This document shows positions 35,186 to 46,395 of a stretch of DNA of 64,000 bases, piece by piece. A program made the position numbers and the translations under genes. Position 1 is the stretch's first letter. Each line of letters opens with the position of its first letter. The notes beneath the pieces are model-generated. The model was not told the DNA's origin. It saw only the letters and a program-made list of their open reading frames with translations, and did not search any database. Source of the stretch: an uncultured cyanobacterium (GTDB lineage: Bacteria; Cyanobacteriota; Cyanobacteriia; PCC-6307; Cyanobiaceae); NCBI GenBank assembly GCA_963765575.1, contig CAVXWZ010000002.1, forward strand, positions 512,001-576,000, in the 5' to 3' direction.

Positions 35186-37592
35186 TCAGAGCGGCTCGAT
35201 CGGCGCCAGGCGCGGATCGAGGATCTTGGGGCCCATGCCGTCGAATTTCACGGCGATCGAGATCTTCTCGCCGCTGCCGAACAGGTGGGTCACGTGCCCC
35301 TCCCCGAAGGCGCTGTGGCGCAGCCGATCGCCCACCGCCCAGGTCTTGCCGGCGCCGCCGCCATCGCGCGCGGCGCACCGCATTGGCCGGGGCACCGGCG
35401 GCGCCGCCGGCGGCCACCCGGCGGCTGTCCTCGCGGTCCACCCGGCTGAGGCGATCGAGGCGCTGCTCGCGGCGGATGGCGGCGCCGCCGCTGCGGGGGA
35501 TGTCGCCCTGCACCAGCTCCTCGGGCAGCTCCGAGAGGAACACCGAGGGCACCGCCGGCTCCCGCATGCCCCCCCACAGCCGCCGCTCGCTGGCATGGGA
35601 GAGAAACAGCCGCTCCTTGGCGCGGGTAATGCCCACGTAGCAGAGGCGCCGCTCCTCCTCCAGGGCGGAGGGGTCATCCAGGGAGCGGTAGCTGGGGAAC
35701 AGGCCCTGCTCCATCCCCACCAGGAACACCACCGGAAACTCCAGGCCCTTGCTGGCGTGCAGGGTCATCAGCGTCACCCGATCCTGCTGGGTGTCCTTGC
35801 TGTCGGCATCGCTGGCCAGGGCCGCTGAGGCCAGGAAATCCTCGAGCGAGCCCTCCTCGTTCTCCTCCTGGTACTGCAGGGCGGCGTTCACCAGCTCGTT
35901 GAGGTTGCGGCGGCGGTCTTCGGCCTCGTCGGTGCCGGCGGCGATCAGCTCGGCCAGATAGCCGCTCTGCTCCATCACCCGCTGCAGCAGCTCCGACGGC
36001 GGCACGTCCTGGGCACAGCGCTGCAGGCCGTTGATCAGCTCGCAGAACTGCAGCAGACCCTTCGCCGATCGTCCCCCCAGCGAGCGCACCGCCTCGGCAT
36101 CGCTGACCACATCCCAGAGGGGGATGGCGAGCTGGCTGGCGGCATCGGTGAGGCGCTCGATCGTGGTCTTGCCGATGCCGCGGCGGGGCACATTCAGCAC
36201 CCGCAGCAGGCTCACCGTGTCGGCCGGATTCACCAGCAACTTCAGGTAGGCGAGGATGTCCTTCACCTCGCGCCGGTCGTAGAAGCGCAGGCCCCCCACC
36301 ACGATGTAGGGGATGCCCCAGCGCACCAGCGACTCCTCCATGGCCCGGCTCTGGGCGTTGGTGCGATAGAGCACGGCCATGTCGCCCCAGCGCAGCTCCT
36401 CGTGGGCGGCATCCAGCAGGCGCATGCGCTGCACCACCGCCTCGGCCTCGGCGATCTCGTCGTCGCAGCGGGTGAGGGTGATCGGCTCGCCCTCGCCGCG
36501 GGTGGGGCGCAGCACCTTGTCGATGCGCTCGCTGTTGTGGGCGATCAGGGCGTTGGCCGCCTCCAGGATCGTGGCGGTGGAGCGGTAGTTCTCCTCCAGC
36601 TTCACCATCGTGCGGGTGGCCTCATCGGCGGCGCCATCGCCGAAGTCGTCCTGAAAGCCCATCAGGATCGTGAAGTCGGCGGCGCGAAAGCTGTAGATGC
36701 TCTGGTCGGCATCACCCACCACGAACACCGAGCGGCCGCTCCAGTCGTCGAAGGTCTCCGGATCGCGGCCACCGGTGACCAGCAGCTTGATCAGGTCGTA
36801 CTGGGTGCGGTTGGTGTCCTGGTATTCATCCACCAGCACATGGCGAAAACGTCGGTGCCAGTAGTGGCGGATCTGCTCGTTCTGGCGCAGCAGCTGCACC
36901 GGCAACAGCAGCAGGTCGTCGAAGTCGAGGGCGTTGTTGGCCGCCAGGGCGCGGCGGTAGCGGCGGTAGGTGTCGGCCATCAGCTTGCCCCGCTGGCCGC
37001 CGGCATCGGCCTCCAGTTGCTCGGGCATCCAGCCCTGGTTCTTGGCGTTGCTGATCGCCCAGCGCACCTTCTTGGGCTCGAAGCGCTTGGGGTCGAGGCC
37101 CAGCTCCTGGGTCACGATCTCCTTCACCAGGCTCTGGGCGTCGCCCTCGTCGTAGATCGAGAACTGGCGCGTCCAGCTCAGCCCTTCCTGATCCCTGTAC
37201 TTGTCGATGTCGAAGCGCAGCAGCCGCGCGAACAGGGCGTGGAAGGTGCCGATCCAGAGGTCCTTGATCACCTCGCGGTAGATGCGGCTGCGCAGCTGGC
37301 GCTGCTCCACCGGCGGCAGGGTGCTCCAGGGCTGGCCGAACTGGCTCTGGGCCAGCTTCTGGGCCAGCAGCAGCTCCAGCCGCTCCTTCATCTCCCGTGC
37401 CGCCTTGTTGGTGAAGGTCACCGCCAGCAGCTCGGCCGGATCCACGCCGTGGTGGCCCACCAGGTGGGCGATGCGGTGGGTGAGGGCGCGGGTTTTGCCG
37501 CTGCCGGCACCGGCCACCACCAGCAGCGGACCGCTGTGGTGGTCCGCCGCCCGGCGCTGGGCGTCGTTCAGGCCGCTGAGAAAGGCGCTCAT
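35186..37592 (-). CDS. pcrA: ATP-dependent DNA helicase PcrA/UvrD, frameshift near 35370
   Basis: AGAGSGKT, DEYQDTN, GDADQSIYSFR, NYRST, TLHASKGLEF, EEERRLCYVGITRA. The C-terminal Tudor-like segment (WAVGDRLRHSAFGEG...APIEPL*) is in a different frame. Confidence 0.94.
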
Positions 37593-37602
37593 CGATCCAA
37601 CC

Positions 37603-38676
37603 CTAGGCACCGCGCCGCAGCCGGCCCGGGGGCAGCAGCCGGCGCAGACGGTCGCGCCAGCGGCGCCAGCGCAGGGCCATCAGCGCCGGCGCCCGCAGCG
37701 GCGGCTCGCCCGCCTCCAGCCGATCGAGGTGGCCATTGATCGCCTCCAGGGCCTGGCACCAGCACTGGCGCAGGCGGGGTTCGCTGTGCTCCTCCAGCAG
37801 GGCCTCCAGCCGCCGCGCTGGCGGCAGCCAGGCCCCCGGAGCGGCGACGGCGGCGGCGATGTGCTCCACGTCGGCCGCCAGGGTGCCGGCGCCGAGCTGG
37901 TGGGCCATGCCGCCGGGGTCGAGGCTGTCGGCCAGGGCGTGGTTGAAGCTGCTGAACACCACGCAGCCGCAGGCCAGGGCCTCCAGGGGCGGCAGGCCGA
38001 AGCCCTCGCTCACGCCACTGGCGCGCCAGTGGTCGGCCGAGTCGTAGAGCACCACCGTGGCGCTGTTGAACAGATCCACCAGGTCGTCCACCCAGCCGTC
38101 CTGCACCGTCACCGCCAGGCCGCGGGCGCGCAGGGCCGGCAGCAAGCGCTCCAGCAGGTAGGCACTGCTCTTGCGCCGCTGCACCAGCACATCAATCGAG
38201 CGCCCGCCCGGGGCTGGTTCGCCGGACAGGTTGGAGCCGCGATCGCCGCGCTGGTGCCAGCTCGGTGCGAGGGCGTTGGGCACCAGGAACAGGGGGTTGC
38301 GGCTGGCCCACTGACCCCAGTAGCCCAGGGTGTTGCGGCTGGCGGCGAGCACCGGCACCCCGGGCGGCAGCCGGAAGCCGTAGCCGCTGCTGTGGGCGTG
38401 GTAGGCCACCGGCCGGCCGCGCAGGGCGCGCAGCTGGCGCGGCACCTCAAATCCCCAGCTGACGATCCAGAGCGCCTGCCGGGCCGCGGCGCCGCTGAGC
38501 GGCTCGGCGCGCAGCAGATCGGCCAGAAACGGCCGGCCCGGCTCCCGCTGCCGGTAGGTCACCACCTCGGTGGGCAGCACATCCGCCAGCAGGCGAGCCG
38601 TCTGCAGCTCCACCAGCAGGCCACCGCTGCGCAGGCGGCCGCTGGTGCCGGGCACCAGAAAGCGGAGGGGACGCAA
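37603..38676 (-). CDS. Glycosyltransferase (GT4-like)
   Basis: SEGFGLPPLEALACGC motif. Confidence 0.85.
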   Translation of the reverse strand: MRPLRFLVPGTSGRLRSGGLLVELQTARLLADVLPTEVVTYRQREPGRPFLADLLRAEPLSGAAARQALWIVSWGFEVPRQLRALRGRPVAYHAHSSGYGFRLPPGVPVLAASRNTLGYWGQWASRNPLFLVPNALAPSWHQRGDRGSNLSGEPAPGGRSIDVLVQRRKSSAYLLERLLPALRARGLAVTVQDGWVDDLVDLFNSATVVLYDSADHWRASGVSEGFGLPPLEALACGCVVFSSFNHALADSLDPGGMAHQLGAGTLAADVEHIAAAVAAPGAWLPPARRLEALLEEHSEPRLRQCWCQALEAINGHLDRLEAGEPPLRAPALMALRWRRWRDRLRRLLPPGRLRRGA

Positions 38677-38737
38677 GGGTGACTCAGCCGGGCGAGCCGA
38701 CTTTGCCGCAACCGGGAGGCAACTCAGGCGCGGCGAC

Positions 38738-39457
38738 TCAGGCGGCGACGGGCTCGGTGCTGCCGGTGCGCTGGCGGCGGGTGAGGAAGCCGAACAGCAC
38801 CTTGCCGATGGCGGCGATCAGGTTGCCTTCCAGCTCCTGGAACATCTTCATGTTCAGGTGGAAGGCGTGGTTGGCCTCAGCCACGATGCGATCGGCGGTG
38901 GCCTGGTCGATCGGCAGGGCGTCGAGGGTGGCGCGATAGCCCACCTTGAAGGCCTTCTCGTCGGGGATGGCGTCGAACTCGTAGAAGCGCAGACCGTCGT
39001 GCTCCCCCAGGTTCATGGCCTTCTGGGCGATGTTCTTGAGGATCTGGCCACCGGAGAGATCACCGATGTAGCGGGTGTAGTGGTGACCCACCAGCAACTC
39101 GGGGCTCTCGGCCGCCAGCTGGTGGATGCGCGCCACATACTCCTGGGCGGCGGGGGTGGCGACGATGACCTTGCGCCAGTCGGCACCGAAGTAGTAGGCG
39201 AGGTCTTGCTCGAGGGCCTCCCGGCGGTTGAGTTCTGGAGAGCCCACCGGTGCCATCACCGGATGGCCCTGCTCGCGCAGCTTGCCGATCTCCTCCTCCA
39301 TCGCCGCGTACACGAAATAGAGGTCGGCCACCAGGGTGCGGTAGCTGGCCTTGTCCACCACACCCTTGAGGAAGCAACTCACGAAGCCGGTGTTCTCCGC
39401 CATCGTGTGGGCTTTCTTGGTCCCTTCACGAAGCTGGGAGGCGAGGGCAACGGCCAT
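38738..39457 (-). CDS. ho1: Heme oxygenase (biliverdin-producing)
   Basis: LREGTKKAHTMAEN, HHYTRYIGDLSGGQIL, EANHAFHLN. Confidence 0.96.
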   Translation of the reverse strand: MAVALASQLREGTKKAHTMAENTGFVSCFLKGVVDKASYRTLVADLYFVYAAMEEEIGKLREQGHPVMAPVGSPELNRREALEQDLAYYFGADWRKVIVATPAAQEYVARIHQLAAESPELLVGHHYTRYIGDLSGGQILKNIAQKAMNLGEHDGLRFYEFDAIPDEKAFKVGYRATLDALPIDQATADRIVAEANHAFHLNMKMFQELEGNLIAAIGKVLFGFLTRRQRTGSTEPVAA

Positions 39458-39535
39458 GGGATTGGGGGCTCGACGCAGTCAGGCAGCCACCGTAGTTCTG
39501 CCGTCCCGTGGCGGGCCTGTTCAGGTTGCGAAGGG

Positions 39536-40009
39536 TTACGCCACAGCGGCGTCACTGCCGCTGTCGGCGTCGCTGAACAGCTCGAACAGATCGCGGCAGA
39601 ACTGCTGCAGCTGGGCCACCACCACCGCCTGGGGCAGGTGGCTGCCGGAGGCCTGCCAGTCGCCCATGGTGGCCAGCCGCCAGCGTTCGCGCTCGTAGGT
39701 GAGGCCGCGGATCAGCACGCCGATCAGCCGCGGCCGCGCCGGCAGCTGCAGGGCCTGGGCCGGCCCCTGGGGCGGCTGCTCCAGGCGCAGCTGCACCAGC
39801 ATCGAGCGGCACTGGTTGCGCGGGTTCCAGCCGGGAAAGTGAAAGGAGAGGTCGAGGCTCTCCTGCTCGGCCCAGGCGCGGGTGAGCGGGTCGTCGCGCC
39901 AGGGGGTGAGGTTGGCCCGGGCGTCGGGAAAGCGGCTGCGAAACAGGGCACCCACCGAGGCGATCGCCTGGGCCAGTTCCAGATTGCGGGCCTGGTCGGC
40001 GGCGTTCAT
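39536..40009 (-). CDS. Conserved cyanobacterial hypothetical protein
   Basis: FPDARANLTPWRDDP and DLSFHFPGW segments; host-like codon usage; fills the ho1-icd gap. Confidence 0.75.
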   Translation of the reverse strand: MNAADQARNLELAQAIASVGALFRSRFPDARANLTPWRDDPLTRAWAEQESLDLSFHFPGWNPRNQCRSMLVQLRLEQPPQGPAQALQLPARPRLIGVLIRGLTYERERWRLATMGDWQASGSHLPQAVVVAQLQQFCRDLFELFSDADSGSDAAVA

Positions 40010-40121
40010 GCCGGATGCGCTGGTGAGCTGGTTTGGTGCGTCGTTGCGGACAAGCGGTTGCTGCTGAGCAGAACCGGCCGGACCTGAAACCTAATGTCGG
40101 CGCTGCATCAGTGCCGCAGGA

Positions 40122-41564
<1,443 letters not shown>

Positions 41565-41607
41565 GGCCCAGCCCCCAGCCCGCAACATCGCCGGGCAGAG
41601 TGAAGCC

Positions 41608-42939
41608 ATGACACTGCCCGGCCTACCGCAAGGGATCACCGACCCCTGCGTGCACTGCGGCTTCTGCCTGCCCAGCTGCGCCAGCTACCGGGTGCTGGGC
41701 ACGGAGATGGACTCGCCCCGGGGCCGCATCCACGCCCTCAAGGCGATCGAGGCCGGTGAGCTGCAGCTCGATGCCACGGTGGCGCAGCACTTCGACAGCT
41801 GCCTGGGCTGCCTGGCCTGCGTGAGCGCCTGCCCGTCGGGGGTGCGCTACGACCAGCTGATCGAGGCCACCCGCCCCAAACTGAACGCACCCGAGCTGCG
41901 CACGCCGGCCCAGCGCGCCCTGCGCCGACTGCTGTTCGCCCTTCTCCCCTACCCCAAACGGCTGCGGGCGGTGCTCACGCCCCTGCGGGCCTACGCCGGC
42001 ACACCGCTGCAGGCCCTGGCGCGGCGCAGCGGCCTCACCAAGCTGTTCGGGCCCCAGCTCGAGGCGATGGAGCGGCTGCTGCCGGCACTGGCGCCGGAGG
42101 CCTTCCGCGACGACCTCCCCCGGGTGGTGCCCGCCCAGGGAGAGCGGCGGGCGCGGGTGGGGCTGGTGCTGGGCTGCGTGCAGCGGCTGTTCGATCCGGC
42201 GGTCAACCGGGCGGCGCTGGAGGTGCTCAGCGCCAACGGCATCGAGGTGGTGATTCCGGCGGAGCAGGGCTGCTGCGGGGCCGCCACCCACCACCAGGGC
42301 GAACTGGAGCAGACGCGGGAGCTGGCGAGCGCCCTGGTCGAGAGCTTCGCGGCGGCGGGACCGCTGGATGCGGTGCTGGTGGCCGCCTCCGGCTGCGGCC
42401 ACACGCTCAAGCACTACGACGCGATCCTGGCCGAGGAGCCCGACTGGGCGGAGCGCGGCGCGGCCTTCGCGGGGCAGGTGCGGGACGCCCATGAGTTCCT
42501 GGCAACGCTGGGGCTGAGCGCGGCCTTCCGCTCGCGGCTGGCGCCGCTGCAGCACGCCGACGGCAGTGCGGCCAGTGCCGAGCGGCCGCTGGCGGTGGCC
42601 TACCACGACGCCTGCCACATGCTCCACGGCCAGGGCATCCGCGAGCAGCCACGCCAGCTGCTGCGCCACATCCCCCACCTGCGGCTGAAGGAGGCGGTGG
42701 AGGCGGGCGTGTGCTGCGGCAGCGCCGGCATTTACAACCTGGTGCAGCCGGTGGAGGCGGCGGAGCTGGGCCAGATCAAGGCCGCCGACCTCTGCGGCAC
42801 TGGCGCCGAGCTGGCGGCGAGTGCCAACATCGGCTGCACACTGCAGATCCGCCAGCACATGGCCAGCCAGGACCAGCCCCTGCCGGTGCTGCACCCTCTG
42901 GAGCTGCTGCAGCGCAGCTGGCAAGCGGGCAGGCGATGA
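41608..42939 (+). CDS. glcF: Glycolate oxidase iron-sulfur subunit
   Basis: CVHCGFCLPSC, SPRGRI, CLGCLACVSACPSG, CCG domains, YHDACH. Confidence 0.9.
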   Translation: MTLPGLPQGITDPCVHCGFCLPSCASYRVLGTEMDSPRGRIHALKAIEAGELQLDATVAQHFDSCLGCLACVSACPSGVRYDQLIEATRPKLNAPELRTPAQRALRRLLFALLPYPKRLRAVLTPLRAYAGTPLQALARRSGLTKLFGPQLEAMERLLPALAPEAFRDDLPRVVPAQGERRARVGLVLGCVQRLFDPAVNRAALEVLSANGIEVVIPAEQGCCGAATHHQGELEQTRELASALVESFAAAGPLDAVLVAASGCGHTLKHYDAILAEEPDWAERGAAFAGQVRDAHEFLATLGLSAAFRSRLAPLQHADGSAASAERPLAVAYHDACHMLHGQGIREQPRQLLRHIPHLRLKEAVEAGVCCGSAGIYNLVQPVEAAELGQIKAADLCGTGAELAASANIGCTLQIRQHMASQDQPLPVLHPLELLQRSWQAGRR

Positions 42940-43676
42940 GCCGCGAAGCGCCCAACCTGGCCGTGCTGATTGATTCCGACAACGCCCAGGCGGCCGTGAT
43001 CAGCGACCTGCTGGCGGAGATCGCCCAGGTGGGCACCGCCACCGTGAAACGCGCCTACGGCGACTGGACCACGCCGCAGCTGGGCAGCTGGAAGGAGGTG
43101 CTGAATGTGCACGCGATCGTGCCGGTGCAGCAGTTCAGCTACACCAGCGGCAAGAACGCCACCGATTCGGCCCTGATCATCGACGCCATGGACCTGATGC
43201 ACAGCGGCCGGGTGGAGGGCTTCTGCCTGGTGTCGTCAGACAGCGATTTCACCCGCCTGGCCACCCGCATCCGCGAGCAGGGGCTGCTGGTAATCGGCTT
43301 CGGCGAGCGCAAAACACCCAAGCCCTTCGTGGCCGCCTGCGACCGCTTTCTTTACACCGACATCCTCAAGCGCGGCGGCAGCTCCAGTGGCGGGAGCCGT
43401 CGCTCGGCCGGCGACAGCAGCGACGACAGCGCGCCACCACTGAAGCCTTTCCTGAGCGAGGCGATCATGGCTGTGACCCAGGAGGACGGCTGGGCGCCGC
43501 TGGGCATGGTGGGCAGCCTGCTGCAAAAGAACGACCCCTCCTTCGATGCCCGCAGCTATGGCTTCCGCAAACTGAGCGAGTTGGTGAAGGCCCAGACCTA
43601 CCTCAGGGTGAAGGAAGTGCCGATGGCCCAAGGCAGCCAGCAGATGCATCTGTTCGTGCAGGTGCATGGGGGGTGA
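42936..43676 (+). CDS. NYN (LabA/DUF88) domain ribonuclease with C-terminal OST-HTH/LOTUS domain
   Basis: LAVLIDSDNA, KRAYGDW, GKNATDSALIIDAMD, LVSSDSDFTRLA, FDARSYGFRKLSELV; ATGA-coupled to glcF. Confidence 0.92.
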   Translation: MSREAPNLAVLIDSDNAQAAVISDLLAEIAQVGTATVKRAYGDWTTPQLGSWKEVLNVHAIVPVQQFSYTSGKNATDSALIIDAMDLMHSGRVEGFCLVSSDSDFTRLATRIREQGLLVIGFGERKTPKPFVAACDRFLYTDILKRGGSSSGGSRRSAGDSSDDSAPPLKPFLSEAIMAVTQEDGWAPLGMVGSLLQKNDPSFDARSYGFRKLSELVKAQTYLRVKEVPMAQGSQQMHLFVQVHGG

Positions 43677-43702
43677 GGGTGGCAGGACTGGGCCGTGGAT
43701 AC

Positions 43703-43857
43703 CGGGTCCGCCTAACAAGCCAGGCCGCGGAGAGGGCAGCTTCAGACGTGTGATTGACACTGGCATTGAGGCTCTGGGAAGCGCAATGCAAAGCGGGATA
43801 GGCGGCAAGGGGCTGGCTACGCTGGTGGTTAACGGACCCGCATAATGAGCGTTAGGC
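43703..43857 (+). other. Degenerate long attC-like site
   Basis: GCCTAAC (43710-43716) and GTTAGGC (43851-43857) are complementary; CGGGTCCG (43703) pairs with CGGACCCG (43833); inner GCATTG/CAATGC stem. The two pairing registers conflict. Confidence 0.55.
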
Positions 43858-43942
43858 GGGCGAGAGCGTTACCAGCCTTCTGCAAGCCTCCCTGACGAAG
43901 CTCTAGGCTGTCAGCAACAGAGCCAAGCATTCATCTATCCGC

Positions 43943-44788
43943 ATGCCAAGTGCCACGATCAAAATATTCTTGGTTCATGGTGATCCGAAACGACTGCGAA
44001 CTGCTGAGATATCTAACTGGACCGGAAAAGCTGTCGCTGGGCCAAGAAGCGAGTTTGAAGGCGTCATCTCACGTGAAGAAGCCGAAGGCTCTGGCATCTA
44101 TCTTTTGACGGGTTCAGATCCTGAAAGTGGCAAGCCTTCAATCTACGTCGGAGAGGCCGAATGCATTCGTGATCGCCTGAAGTCTCACCTGCAAAAGGAT
44201 TTCTGGAATCAGGTTGCCTTCTTCGTCAGCAAAGACGAGAATCTTACCAAGGCTCATATCAGGCACCTGGAGGGAAAACTGATTGAGAAAGCACGCGAAG
44301 CCTCTCGAGCTGTAGTTGTTAACAATCAGAGCAGTGGCGCTCGTCTTCCTGAGTCGGACCGAGCGGATCTAGAGACTTTCCTTGAGAAAGTAAATCAACT
44401 CCTGCCTGTTCTTGGGATCGAACTCCTAGTCCCGACAGTAGCCAAACCCGAAGCCGAATTGGAAGTAGAGATGTTGTCATGTGAAATCAAGGGAGTCAAA
44501 GCACGAGGGCACCTGTCTCCGAACGGCTTTGTCATTCTTTCGGGCTCCCAGGCGGTGCTGAATGAGCGCCCATCAACGCAGAAGTATCCCTGGGCTCTGA
44601 ACATGAGGCTGAAGCTCAAGGAAGAAGGCTCTCTTGCTATCGCAACAGACGCTCTTGTCTTTACAAGAGATGTCGAGTTCACCAGTCCGAGTGCCGCGGC
44701 GGCAGTAGTCCATGGCGGACATGCCAATGGGCTTACTGCATGGAAGGATTCAGAGGGTCGCACCCTTAAGCAGGTTGAAGCCGTATAA
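43943..44788 (+). CDS. GIY-YIG nuclease with DUF4357 C-terminal domain (cassette gene)
   Basis: GIYLL...IYVGEA, RDRLKSH, HLEGKLI, VNNQ; C-terminal FTRDVEFTSPSAAAAVVHGGHANGLTAWK; atypical codon usage. Confidence 0.88.
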   Translation: MPSATIKIFLVHGDPKRLRTAEISNWTGKAVAGPRSEFEGVISREEAEGSGIYLLTGSDPESGKPSIYVGEAECIRDRLKSHLQKDFWNQVAFFVSKDENLTKAHIRHLEGKLIEKAREASRAVVVNNQSSGARLPESDRADLETFLEKVNQLLPVLGIELLVPTVAKPEAELEVEMLSCEIKGVKARGHLSPNGFVILSGSQAVLNERPSTQKYPWALNMRLKLKEEGSLAIATDALVFTRDVEFTSPSAAAAVVHGGHANGLTAWKDSEGRTLKQVEAV

Positions 44789-44869
44789 CATCCAGATACA
44801 GAAGGCAGGAGCGGAAAGCTGGCTCCTTGACTCTGATCAAGTGCCCGCTTCTGATCTGGAGCGTTAGGG
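44783..44869 (+). other. attC recombination site (87 bp)
   Basis: R'' GTATAAC contains the stop codon; TCCAGAT(A)CAGAAG pairs with CTTCTGATCTGGA leaving one extra-helical base; R' is GTTAGGG. Confidence 0.88.
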
Positions 44870-44889
44870 GTCAATAAGGCATTGAGACA

Positions 44890-45825
44890 ATGAAAGGAAA
44901 CGGAATGGACGCGCTAGAAAAGCACCTCAAGCAATGGAAGCAGATATCTGATCGATTGCACGGGCAGTTAGGGCCCGTTATGGAAGCGCAGAAGGCCATT
45001 GAGAAAGCTTTGCGCCCAACTCTTGAGTTACAGAAAGCTCTCAAATCTCCATTGGAGCCCTTCCTGGAAGAGCAAAGGATACTTCAGAAAACTTTCGAGG
45101 GTATAAAGTTACCCAGCTATCAGTTGCCTGACTTAAGTCCTTTTACAAAGGAAATTGAACAATACCAAAAATCTCTCAGTGGCATTATTAGTCCCGCCTT
45201 TGAGGAATTGCAGCGCTCTTTTGAAGAGCTACCTCCAAGAATTCAAGAGGCTCTGCTATTGCTGGCACAACACGGTTGGTATTTAGATTTCAATATGCCA
45301 CTTTCAAGTCTCTGGGAAATTAAGAAGGCAATATCCAGTGGCGAGATCGAAGAGGTAGAAGAGGCGCTAGTAGAATATTTTGAAGGTCAACTGGATGAAA
45401 TAGAAAAATCAATTAACGCTCAATTCCCACATAGATCGCATATCATAAGCTCTGCTGTTGAGGCGCATCGTAACGACGAATACTTCCTGTCAATCCCCGT
45501 GTTGCTGGCGCAAACAGACGGAGTATGCAAAGAAGTTGTAGATCAGTACTTATTTATGAAAAAAGATAGGAAGCCACGAACTGCTATTTATGTTGAGCAA
45601 GTAGCGGCGGACACTTTTAAAGCTGCACTATTAAGTCCATTGGCGGCCAGTTCACCAATAAGTGCCTCTGAGCACGAACGTGAAGCGGGTTTTGATCTTC
45701 TCAATAGGCATATGGTCCTGCACGGTGAGTCATTGGACTACGGAAATAAAACAAACAGTTTAAAAGCGATTTCGCTTATGAATTACGTATCGCAGGTACT
45801 GAAGCCAGATGCAGACTACCCCTAA
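44890..45825 (+). CDS. Hypothetical cassette protein: N-terminal helical region and C-terminal HEPN-like motif
   Basis: 311 aa, strongly AT-rich codons, LNRHMVLHGE (RxxxxH) near the C-terminus. Confidence 0.8.
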   Translation: MKGNGMDALEKHLKQWKQISDRLHGQLGPVMEAQKAIEKALRPTLELQKALKSPLEPFLEEQRILQKTFEGIKLPSYQLPDLSPFTKEIEQYQKSLSGIISPAFEELQRSFEELPPRIQEALLLLAQHGWYLDFNMPLSSLWEIKKAISSGEIEEVEEALVEYFEGQLDEIEKSINAQFPHRSHIISSAVEAHRNDEYFLSIPVLLAQTDGVCKEVVDQYLFMKKDRKPRTAIYVEQVAADTFKAALLSPLAASSPISASEHEREAGFDLLNRHMVLHGESLDYGNKTNSLKAISLMNYVSQVLKPDADYP

Positions 45826-45900
45826 CAAGAACGTAAACTCGGACGCATTTTTTATTCGCTGCGCTCACTACAAATGCGCCGGTTACGGCAAGCGTTACAC
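45820..45900 (+). other. attC recombination site (81 bp)
   Basis: R'' CCCTAAC contains the stop codon; CGTAA(A)C(T)CGG(A)CGCATTT pairs with AAATGCGCCGGTTACG leaving extra-helical bases; R' is GTTACAC. Confidence 0.92.
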
Positions 45901-45919
45901 TTACCAAAGGAAGAGACAT

Positions 45920-46395
45920 ATGAAGATTTTACTGGTCGGCGCAACAGGCACGATTGGAACTGCTGTAGCACATAAACTCGAAGCGCGGCACGAGGTCTTG
46001 TGCGCTAGCCATACCGGTGGGGCGCTCACGGTGGACCTAGCAGACCCTCTCATGGGCCAGGTGAACCTTGTCCGCCTCGGCATCGAGCTCGTCGCCAACG
46101 GGGGCTCCTTCACACTGACGAGCGGGATTGCGAGTCGGCAGCCGATGCCCGGCGGTGCGGTGATCAGCTTGGTAATGCCGGGCTGGAAGGATTTATACGC
46201 GCGGCGGCATTGGAGCTCCCCCGTGGTGTCCGTGTCAATGCAGTCGCTCCCGGTTGGGTGCGGGAGACGCTCGTGGCGATGAAGGCGGACCCCAGTTCTG
46301 GGGTGCCAGCGGCGCAGGTGGCGCAGACCTATGTGAGGTCGGTCGAGGGACTCATGACCGGACAAGTCCTCGATGCAATCGCTGGAGCTGGCTAA
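45920..46395 (+). pseudogene. Short-chain dehydrogenase/reductase cassette gene with an internal deletion and a frameshift
   Basis: MKILLVGATGTIG...VDLADP joins directly to LMGQVNLVR; frameshift near 46174; then ELPRGVRVNAVAPGWV...TGQVLD; stop lies in GGCTAAC. Confidence 0.85.

Noticed and set aside
33942..37610. 1222-aa PcrA helicase-CCA enzyme fusion
   Set aside because: The normal PcrA C-terminus with its own stop (35186) is intact in another frame. A slip in the CG-repeat near 35370 creates the fusion, consistent with the other indels in this assembly.
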